Of a stretch of 32,796 bases of DNA, positions 1 through 8,700 are shown in pieces. The DNA comes from Barthelona sp. PAP020 (lineage: Eukaryota), in assembly GCA_040182905.1 (NCBI GenBank), contig JARQWU010000100.1:1-32796 (forward strand), written 5' to 3'. Position 1 is the stretch's first letter. Each line of letters opens with the position of its first letter. Under the pieces are notes generated by a model. The model was not told the origin of the DNA. It made no database searches and worked only from the letters and a program-made list of their open reading frames with translations. The translations under genes and the position numbers were made by a program.

Positions 1-27
1 ACAAAGAAAATAAACACAAAAGACTCA

Positions 28-135
28 TTCTAGCAAATTTCAGTCAAAATCCCAGGAGGAGAATTGAGGGACTGAAATGTAATTGGAACAATCAAGTAGG
101 AGAATTTCGGAGAAATTCTTCATTCCTATTTTTTT
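28..135 (+). ncRNA. Candidate structured non-coding RNA (two hairpins followed by an oligo-T run); family unassigned
   Basis: Perfect 9-bp stem ATTTCAGTC (37-45) / GACTGAAAT (70-78), extendable by TTCTAG (28-33) / TTGGAA (83-88). Second stem AGAATTTC (101-108) / GAAATTCT (112-119) plus TAGG (97-100) / CCTA (125-128), followed directly by a T7 run (129-135). More GC-rich than the other intergenic DNA. No diagnostic snRNA, tRNA, 5S or SRP motif found. Confidence 0.3.
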
Positions 136-154
136 GTATTTTTGCAAAAGCAAA

Positions 155-292
155 ATTTTAAAGTTTAAACTTTACCTTGGAAAATCTAGAGTTTCAACAG
201 ATCAATCGGGCCTCGAAAGCCTTTAACCAAATGAACACCATTCTTTTTTATTCACTCATACGCACACTGCTTCTTGGCTTGGAAATAATTTT
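155..292. repeat. Diverged direct repeat, copy A (partner at ~378-518, offset ~225 bp)
   Basis: 198-261 aligns without gaps to 423-486. ATTCACTCATAC is identical at 250-261 and 475-486, and both copies continue into GCTTCTT. Outer boundaries are approximate. Confidence 0.75.
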
Positions 293-377
293 ATTTTTAT
301 TAAAAAAATGATTGAATTAATTTATTTTCTCAAAATTTTAACATACTAAATAATTGCTTGCAATTGAAACTGACTCA

Positions 378-518
378 TTTTTAAAGTGTTTAATTTCTAA
401 TTTTGAAAAATTAAGAGCTTCACAGGCAAGTTAGGATTCAAAAGCCCATAGTCAAATAAGTGCTATTTTTTCTAATTCACTCATACACACAGCTTCTTCA
501 TTAACCGAAAATAATTAT
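378..518. repeat. Diverged direct repeat, copy B
   Basis: Partner of 155-292. In the 45-nt block 198-242 vs 423-467 I count 27 identities, 15 transitions and 3 transversions. Confidence 0.75.
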
Positions 519-601
519 TCGACCTCTTGAATACATGGTCAGATTTTTTTTTGCTAAAAACAAAATCTTCTAGTTTTTGCTTAATATTTACAGAAATGAA
601 T

Positions 602-1348
602 TTAAATCGCTTCATAATGAGCACTAGATGAAGATTCTCTGTTGAACACACCCTTAATCTTATTAATGATAATAGAAATACCAGCCAATGTCCAACCCGG
701 TAGTTGTTTCCAAAATTCAAGGTTGGGTATCATTTCAATACCACGAGCACCATGCTTTTCAAATTTCAAAAACATTCCAACTCCCAAGTACAAAATAATT
801 CCAACAAATAAGCATATAAAGAATAACTTACCAAAACCAGAACCATCTTCGACACCAACATAAGGACAAACTTTTGCAGTTATCCATTCAAAATAGAAAT
901 CATTGGGACCACCAGAAACACAATAACTATCAGGACCCTTAACATAACTAACATTTCCTTGACCACCTTTATCATAATCACAAACAAATTTAATTGTTGT
1001 CGTATATGCAGGCTGATAATCATCAAAATAACATTTATCACCATGTGAATATTTCATAGATAAAGAATTTTCATCAATGGCTATGATAGTACCGCCAACT
1101 CCTGCATTATTTGCAGCAGTGGCTCCAGAAATTACAAATTTAATCGGTATTTTATCATCTTCAACACAAGGATCAATTTCAAATTGAAGAACATGGTCTA
1201 AATTAACTTGAAGTGAACTAATTCGTTAGAATTATTAAAAAACTATTCAAAACGCTTTTAAATCCATTAAATTGGGAGTTGATTCACACACACCATAAAC
1301 AAATCCTAAAATAACAGATATTAATAGGATATTAACAATTAACTTCAT
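602..1348 (-). CDS. ATG27 / cation-dependent mannose-6-phosphate receptor family type-I membrane protein, 236 aa, two exons: 1348-1254 and 1217-602
   Basis: ATG at 1348 begins a signal peptide (MKLIVNILLISVILGFVYG). Removing intron 1253-1218 joins it in frame (AAA GC|T TCA) to the reading frame containing the listed 602-1057 ORF. The product has a Cys-containing MRH-like luminal region (TTTIKFVCD...YFEWITAKVCP), one TM helix, the family tail motif GARGIEMIPNLEFWKQLP and a terminal YxxPhi sorting signal (YEAI). Confidence 0.85.
1218..1253 (-). other. 36-nt spliceosomal intron (GT...AG, phase 2)
   Basis: Minus-strand sequence GTTTTGAATAGTTTTTTAATAATTCTAACGAATTAG. It contains in-frame stops and a CTAAC branch point followed by 7 nt ending in AG. 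Its removal restores the frame. Confidence 0.85.
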
Positions 1349-1713
1349 TGGAACAAAAGATAGTAAGGAATTTATAATTCCAAATATTTTTTGAATCCCA
1401 TTTTCTGATACATTTATGTCATTTTTGTCGTTTCGTTTAATTTTTATAGTGTATATAAATTAATACAATTATTCATTATTCAATAATTTTATCAAAACAA
1501 TCAAAAAAGATTTTCAATTTTGTTTCTGTTTTGTAAGAATCAAAATGTTTTGAATAAATGCATCCAAAATAAATTATTATTTAAAACAAGCTTTTCAATC
1601 AGTTATTCTGAATATTAAAAAAAGGAAAAAAAAGTTCATTTTACATGAGAAAAAATAATAGTTGAGACATATGAATTAATAAATGAAACTTTAAATAATT
1701 GTTTTGAAAAAAT

Positions 1714-3432
1714 TTAAAGTATTTTTAGATGTTTCAATTCGATTTGTAATTGGTCAATCGTCAGTCTTAAATCGATAATAATTCTATCTTTATTGCTCAA
1801 TTCAATCAGCATATCACTCATATATTTACTTTTATCAATATTTAATTGGGATAATTGGTCTGCTTGGGATTTATTTTCTTTGATAAGTTGTTGAGTCTGT
1901 CTATTTATCTCATCTACTTGAAAATTCTTTTGTTTTATTAGACTGTTAAGTTCATTCACTTGTTTCCAAAGAAGATCCGATTCCTTTTTCTTATTTTCAT
2001 CTGTCATTTTCAAATGAGAAATGTCCTTTTCTAGAGATTCAATTTGTTGCCTATATTTTTCAACTTTATGGTTGGCTCTTTCCATATCTAATTGAATCTG
2101 ATATGTGTCTTTCAGATACTTTTCAGAATCCAGTAATTTTTGCTGAAATAACTCATCATTGTGTTCTTTCTTTAAATCATAAAGTAAAACTTTGTTTTTT
2201 ACATTGTTATCCTTCAAATCCTGGTTGATTTTCAGCAGATTTTCGATTTTTTGAGTTTTTTCATCCAATTTTACTTGTAGATCTAATAAATTCTTTTCCC
2301 ATTTTAAATTATTATTGTTCAATCTTTCTTTCATTTCAAAAAGCACACCTATTTTCTTGTCTTCAGCAATTTTCAAATCATTTTCCAAACTTTCTGTCTT
2401 TCTTATCCCTTGCTCCTGTATACATTTCATTAAATTTTCCAACTCATTACATTGGGTTTCTTTTGCTTCCAATAACAATTCTAACTCAAGGATTTTTCTC
2501 TCTCTAATATCATTCATAAGGCTTTTTTCTTCTAATTCTTCAATCCTTCGTTTCAAACATATGATTTCTAACCCACATTTTTGATTCTCTTCTTTATACT
2601 CTTGGTTATTCATCTCCAATCTATTTATCAATTCTTTTAAGGTCAAATTTTCATTAGATAACGACAAATTACTTTTAATCAATTCATTTTCTCTTGAAAC
2701 CCTCATTTCAAGGCGTATTTGGTTGTCATTTTCTTCTTCAATCTTCTTTCGATTCAAAGTCAATAAATCTTTTAATTGAAAGGAAATATCCTCATCATCA
2801 AGTCTATCTACTTCCATACTTACCAAATTTGAAAACCTATCAAAATTGTACAAAAAATTTTGAATTCCAAAACAATCGTAACAATTATTCGTAATATCAA
2901 GCACTTCAAGTGTATTTGATAAATAATTATCTCCTAGTATTGAAATAGATGCATTGGTTAAAAAATTGGAAGAGAGATTTAAGTATTGAAGATTGCACGA
3001 ATTTAATGAAACAACAAAAGTCTTAAATGCTTCATTATCATTACCAATATTACATTTTTCAAGATTTAAACTTTTTAATGTAGTTAAATTAATTAATATT
3101 CCACTTAAATTATTTAAAATACTTGAATAGATCGAATTATAAGATAAATCTAATCTCCTTAAAGAAAAAGAATTGTTTTTAATGTGTTTTAAAAAAAATT
3201 TTAATATATTATTATTTAATGATATATTTCTACATATTAAAGTGTCAATATCTATTATATTTGTTTCATTTGATGTTATGATATCAAAAAATATATCATA
3301 ATATTCATCATCAAAATATGTTAATGAAAAATCTATACTATTATCTTCTAATATCAGACCATCGAGTTTTAATGGATAAATTTTCTTTTCTACACATTTT
3401 TTTCTATAAAGGTTTTCAAATTCTTGAATCAT
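1714..3432 (-). CDS. LRRC45: LRRC45-like protein (RNI-like LRRs plus long coiled coil; centriole/basal-body linker family), 572 aa
   Basis: N-terminus EFENLYRKKCVEK resembles recalled LRRC45 EFRRSYSRLCRES. The segment LKSLNLEKCNIGNDNEAFKTFVVSL..NLQYLNLSSN resembles [35 protein letters not shown]. The C-terminal ~340 aa are E/K/Q/L-rich heptads. Confidence 0.7.
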   Translation of the reverse strand: MIQEFENLYRKKCVEKKIYPLKLDGLILEDNSIDFSLTYFDDEYYDIFFDIITSNETNIIDIDTLICRNISLNNNILKFFLKHIKNNSFSLRRLDLSYNSIYSSILNNLSGILINLTTLKSLNLEKCNIGNDNEAFKTFVVSLNSCNLQYLNLSSNFLTNASISILGDNYLSNTLEVLDITNNCYDCFGIQNFLYNFDRFSNLVSMEVDRLDDEDISFQLKDLLTLNRKKIEEENDNQIRLEMRVSRENELIKSNLSLSNENLTLKELINRLEMNNQEYKEENQKCGLEIICLKRRIEELEEKSLMNDIRERKILELELLLEAKETQCNELENLMKCIQEQGIRKTESLENDLKIAEDKKIGVLFEMKERLNNNNLKWEKNLLDLQVKLDEKTQKIENLLKINQDLKDNNVKNKVLLYDLKKEHNDELFQQKLLDSEKYLKDTYQIQLDMERANHKVEKYRQQIESLEKDISHLKMTDENKKKESDLLWKQVNELNSLIKQKNFQVDEINRQTQQLIKENKSQADQLSQLNIDKSKYMSDMLIELSNKDRIIIDLRLTIDQLQIELKHLKIL

Positions 3433-3642
3433 AAATCATTAAATTTGATACATAAAAAAAAATTAACTGAAATTTTTTATTATTGATATAATCTTCATGT
3501 ATTCTTATTAATCAATACAAGTACGTTTTATTATTATTGTTTCACAGAAATTATGTTTTAAAAGCAAATCTTTTGTCAATAAAGAAATACTTCATTTATC
3601 AATATTACACACAAATGTACAAACAAAAGAATCAGAAATAGT

Positions 3643-4986
3643 TTATACAATAACTGCTGCAAATGGAACAGGAGGGGTAGCATCAATGTCAGGTAACCAT
3701 TGATGAGTTTGATACACAATTCTTCTCTTAAATTGTTTTGAATGCACTCTAACTGCATTAGAAACATCTTTGACCAAAAATACACTTCCACTATTATTTA
3801 TTGTGACTCTATCCAAAATACAATTAATATTTTTGGCGACAATCAAGCGTATTGGAAGATGAGCAATTAATTCTATAATTGCTGATTTAGTCAAATTGGA
3901 AATGCTACTAACATCAATATGAGATAAATTTGGCAGATGTTTTTTGACTAAGGGAATGATAGAATTTGTTAGGTTTTGACAGTTGTTGACCGACAAATGG
4001 ATGAGATTTGAGCATTTTCTGCAAACAGCTTCAAAATCTTCATCATTAATGAAAGTATGAGATAAGTCGAGATATTTTAAAGATGTGGGTAAGCTAATGC
4101 AAGCAAAATAGGATATTTTACTGATACTTGACAAATCTAACGTTATTAGAGAGCATATAGACATGTCAATATCAAAAGAATCAACTTCTGATAGACACAA
4201 ATGTTTAAGATTCAATTTTGACAAATTATTCAAAGAATCACTGTCCAAATACGTTCCAGCAAGGGATAAAGTGTCCAAACTGGGAAAGTAATTCAAAATC
4301 AAAGGGGTAGTAGAAGCAAGATTCACACACTGTGATAGGTCTAATGTTTGCAAAGGAACACCATTTGTAGCCATTTGAGCTAATAACTTATGTGAGATCT
4401 TTGTTCGATGAACGAATAGAATTCTTAAGTCAAATAACATAGCAAGAGGTGCCAAAATCTCATCATCCAATTCAAAACCATTTCTTAAGATAATAGCTTT
4501 TGCTCCAACAGCATTGCTGAGAAGATAATGTAGCGATTTGGAGCTGAGGGTCGAAGCATTGATATCAATAACTTCAACGGTGTTCAGTGACTGCAAAAGA
4601 TGTTGCATTGAACTTAAAGAAGGTAAATCACCAAAATTAGAAATGATAGAATTGATTTCTAATCGTTGAAACAATAAATGTTTCATCAAATGTAAAGAAT
4701 GCCAACTTTGAACGAATGTTTGATCCAGAAAATTATCAGCTAACAGTTTCATTCTTCTGTTAGTGCATCTTAATTTCGCAACACATGAAGGATCAGTCAA
4801 TGAAAAAATATGAAACAATATATCGTTGGGTAATTCATCCAATCCATTAATCATTCCTAAATATGTCGATTGAATATCATTCAAGATTTTCGTAGGATTA
4901 ATATTAATTGATTGAGAATATTCATCAATTAATGTACATATTGAAGCAATAAATTCACAATAATTCATTACCTTTCCGTTTGACAT
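3643..4986 (-). CDS. F-box/LRR-repeat protein (FBXL family SCF substrate receptor), 447 aa
   Basis: F-box motif LDELPNDILFHIFSLTDPSCVAKLRCTNRRMKLLA followed by Cys-containing LRRs (LQTLDLSQCVNL, LKYLDLSHTFINDE, CSNLIHLSVNNCQNLTN). The start could alternatively be the second Met at 4968. Confidence 0.85.
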   Translation of the reverse strand: MSNGKVMNYCEFIASICTLIDEYSQSININPTKILNDIQSTYLGMINGLDELPNDILFHIFSLTDPSCVAKLRCTNRRMKLLADNFLDQTFVQSWHSLHLMKHLLFQRLEINSIISNFGDLPSLSSMQHLLQSLNTVEVIDINASTLSSKSLHYLLSNAVGAKAIILRNGFELDDEILAPLAMLFDLRILFVHRTKISHKLLAQMATNGVPLQTLDLSQCVNLASTTPLILNYFPSLDTLSLAGTYLDSDSLNNLSKLNLKHLCLSEVDSFDIDMSICSLITLDLSSISKISYFACISLPTSLKYLDLSHTFINDEDFEAVCRKCSNLIHLSVNNCQNLTNSIIPLVKKHLPNLSHIDVSSISNLTKSAIIELIAHLPIRLIVAKNINCILDRVTINNSGSVFLVKDVSNAVRVHSKQFKRRIVYQTHQWLPDIDATPPVPFAAVIV

Positions 4987-5030
4987 TTGGAAAAGGTTGA
5001 AAAAAAAACAAGTCTTTATTCTTTTTTTTT
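4987..5030. promoter_or_regulatory. Putative 44-bp bidirectional promoter between divergent start codons
   Basis: ATGs at 4986 (-) and 5031 (+). The spacer contains A9 (5000-5008) and T9 (5022-5030), so each gene has a T9 tract upstream on its own sense strand. The call depends on the 77-aa ORF being real. Confidence 0.4.
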
Positions 5031-5264
5031 ATGGCGAAAAAAACAGTTGCACCTGTTATTGGTGCAATTTTCTCTTCAATTATGTGTATATTATCAATTA
5101 TATTTACTATTCGAAAAACGATGAATGAATCAACCCTCATTTTGTTGGAGGATAAAATTTTTTATTTTTTTAATTCAACAGGAAGTTTGGTAGGTGCAGT
5201 ATGGTTTGGTTCCACTGTTTTTCTTCTTACACATGTATATAAACAAGATTTTCGTATTTTGTAA
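5031..5264 (+). CDS. Small two-TM membrane protein, 77 aa; weak resemblance to RNASEK / V-ATPase subunit f
   Basis: Two hydrophobic helices (VAPVIGAIFSSIMCILSIIFTI; GSLVGAVWFGSTVFLLTHV). More GC-rich and codon-like than the flanks. STLILLED after TM1 recalls RNASEK SAVLIED. The family call is tentative. Confidence 0.55.
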   Translation: MAKKTVAPVIGAIFSSIMCILSIIFTIRKTMNESTLILLEDKIFYFFNSTGSLVGAVWFGSTVFLLTHVYKQDFRIL

Positions 5265-5758
5265 TTGAAACAGCTAAATAATATTTTGAATACTCTTCTT
5301 TTTTATTTACACTTATAAATTATCTTTGATTTGTTTTCATTTCAAAAGAAAGTTTCTTTTTTTTGCTATAGATTTTTTAACACATTACTAGCCTTGATGT
5401 TAAACAAAATTTTCTTTCTGGGAACAGAATAATAAAATTTAAGTTTAGAGATGAAGTCTCAGTTCATCTCATAAAATACAGAATTTACTTTAAGCCCACA
5501 AAAAAAGAACAACAAATGCTTAAAACAATATGAAATAAAATACAGAATACATGGAATGTAGAATGAAAAAAGAAAGAAAGAAACAAAAAAACAAAAACAA
5601 CAAAGAACTTTAAAACCAAAACCTCCAAAAGACTGACAAATATTTCAATTAAAAATGATATTTTTCTTATTGTTGACATTAGAAAACAAAAACTAAAAAT
5701 GGATAAAAACTAAATATAGCTGTTGATATAAAACTAATTTTGCAGTTTTTGTATTCAA

Positions 5759-8700
5759 ATGCAACATCAACAACAAGAGTTTACGCATCCAAATGCGCCG
5801 ACTCAAATGATGAATACACAGCGACGACGTGTATCGCAAACAAATTCAAAAGACAATCAAATTGTATTACCCCCTTATAATCCAATATTGAAATCAATAT
5901 CTGATGCAGTGCTTCCTGAAACCGATACTATTGTAGATACATACTCTATTGGTTGGAAGACTGGTGCAAGATTTGATCTCAAAAAAGAGATGGAAAGTGT
6001 TGAGAATCCCAAATTTGAAGATTCAGGTGAAGGTATTTTTGCAGAAGATTTTGATGAAGCAGCGTATATTGAACAATTGAATAAGGTTCAACATGTTAAG
6101 TATCAACCACTAAGATTTATTGGTAATTTACCACCTTTGCGATGTGAAAGTTCAATTCCAGATGAAAATAAATTATGTGGATATCAAAAGATTCGTGATG
6201 CTTCAGTGAATCCAGCTGCTTTGGAAAAAATCAATTTTCTTGCATTCAATCCACAAAATGATGTGGCTGCAATGGATAACGTTATATATCAAACGATTTT
6301 AAAGTGTTCAAATGTTGAAATTTTAGTGTTACAACAGTGTGGTATCACTAATATCGAACACTTTAAATTTCCCGGATTACGATACGTGGACTTGTATTTA
6401 AATAATGTTAATAACTTTAAATCGTTTAGTTACTTTTTAAGTCAACATCAATTTATTGAATATTTGGAGATACGTGGAAATCCTGTTTTGAGGACTGAAA
6501 ATTTCTTTGAACGTTGTATTTCTATTTGTCCCAATATTGGTTTCCTCAATGGAATTGTTGTTACACCTGAGATGAGAATGAATGCCATATTTAGATATCG
6601 AAAATTGGATCCCAGTTCAAAAATGTACATTTACTGGGATAAAATAATCTGTTCCTTGCCTCTGGTGGCTAAAATGACTCAATGGAACCCTTCTACCATC
6701 CAATCATTGTCGTTAAAGAATTGTAAGTTGGAGAAGCTATATTTAGCCTGTTTCAATGCTTTAGTCAAGTTAGATGTTAGTTACAATGGGTTAGTCTCTC
6801 TAGCAGAACAAGGTTTAGAAGCTTGTCACAACTTAAGGCAATTGAATATTGCATACAATAGAATTAACGATGTTAGAACATTGGAGGTGTTATCTTTTTG
6901 TTCAAATTTGCTCGATGTTTTTGTTGGAGGAAATCCTTTCAATAATCCTGAATATAGACTAGCATTAGTGTACTATACAAGGAATTTAAAGGGTACCAAT
7001 CATTATAATGGATTGAGATCTATCGATAATCAACCTGTAACTGTTGCTGACAGGATTATTGTGTATCAGAAATATCTTGGGCTTCAACAAGAAGATTTGG
7101 TTGTAAAAGCATGGGATATTACTAAAATTTTGATATTAGGGCATAAACAAGTAAGAAGTCATGATTTTTGCATGGGTTTAAAGGTCCTTAATTGTCCCAA
7201 AATGGATTTATTCCACGTTGATTTAACAAAGTTTGAAAACTTAGAAATTGTTAATTTTTCTCAATCTTCAACCTTTCAAACTTGTATTGGTTTGAATACA
7301 TTAGAAAAGTTACGTGTTATTAATTTTGGAGGTTGTCCCAGATTGCATCTATTATCTAATGATCGGAGAACTCGACCATTTTTAGAAAGAATTTTGAATT
7401 CTATTTCCAACTTACCTTCTTTAACTTCAGTTTACTTGAATGAACAACAAGGACCTGAAGTTAGCATCAACTGGAATGATTGGAGAATTCCCATTGTCAC
7501 TAGATTACATGGATGTTTTAGATTAAGATATTTAGATGGACAACAAATCATCCCTGTTACTAGGGTTCATGGCTTAGCAAAGAGTACGTTAACTCCTGAA
7601 CAAATGAATCTTTACAAATTTAGAATTAGTATATTGACATATCTTGATGATCCAAACATCTCATTCAATCCTGAAATTGTGCTTAATCAAGTCCAGTATC
7701 GTAATGAAGATGTTAAAGAAGTTCATGCTTATAATTTGGGATTACAACCAGCTGATTATTTAGCTTTTAATAGTTTTTTCAATTTGAAAAAATTAAACCT
7801 TTCAGGTAATCAAATAAGAGATCCTTTCTTATTAAAATTGAATGAATGTAAGAAATTGAAAGAATTGGATTTAACCCGAAATTTGATCAGCATTCAAGCT
7901 GAAGAAATCGTAAATTTTATTATGAGTATACCCTCTTTATGGGTTTTAGATATGAGACCAATTGATGCTGGACAAAATCCTTCTTTTGGTAATCCACAGA
8001 TGTTGAATTATGTATTGGTTACATTAGCACAACGACAACATCTTGCTAAATCTGGTATTCCATTGCAATATTTGAATCGGTCAATTGGTTTGAATGAACG
8101 AGTTGAACTATGCCGTAATGTAATTAAACGAGACCAGTTGGATCGTTTTAGAGCCAACTTAGCTTTTCATTGGGCTAGCAAGGGTTTAAATGAACCTAAA
8201 ATACTTAATCTGGCTGGATATGGACTTACTGACCATCAGTTAGATTTTGAACCATTTTCTAAATCTTTAGAGGAGGTTTATCTTGCTGGAAATAATTTCA
8301 CAACACTTGCTGGAATGAATTTGGAACTATGTCAGAAATTACGTGTCATTGATATTCGCAGTAACAAGATCAAACAAATGTCAAATATTTACAGAATAAC
8401 AAATCAATTACCTTCATTAGAGGCTTTAGGCATTGGACACAATCCTTTCATCAAAAAAAACCCAGATCTTGCTAGAATGAGGTTTATTGAAGAAATTCCA
8501 CATTTGAGACAATTGGGGTGTCCTTTGAAGGAAATCGATGGTAAACTAATCAGCATTGATGAAATCTTAGAAGCTTGGCGTAATTCTGGAGCTGATGTTG
8601 CTGAGACTGAGCGTTTCAGATTCTTGATCATGTTGAATCAATCGATGCCACCAGGTAAAAAGTTGAAGGAGTTAACAGGCTTGAATTTGGGTCGAAGGGG

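Noticed and set aside
155..518. CRISPR array, tRNA or SECIS interpretation of the repeat
   Set aside because: There are only two long diverged copies in a eukaryotic context, no cloverleaf or good A/B boxes, and the ATGA is not followed by a SECIS helix with the opposing GA.
602..1057. 151-aa ORF as the complete gene
   Set aside because: It lacks a signal peptide. The frame continues upstream to a splice acceptor at 1218, and the likely true start is 1348.
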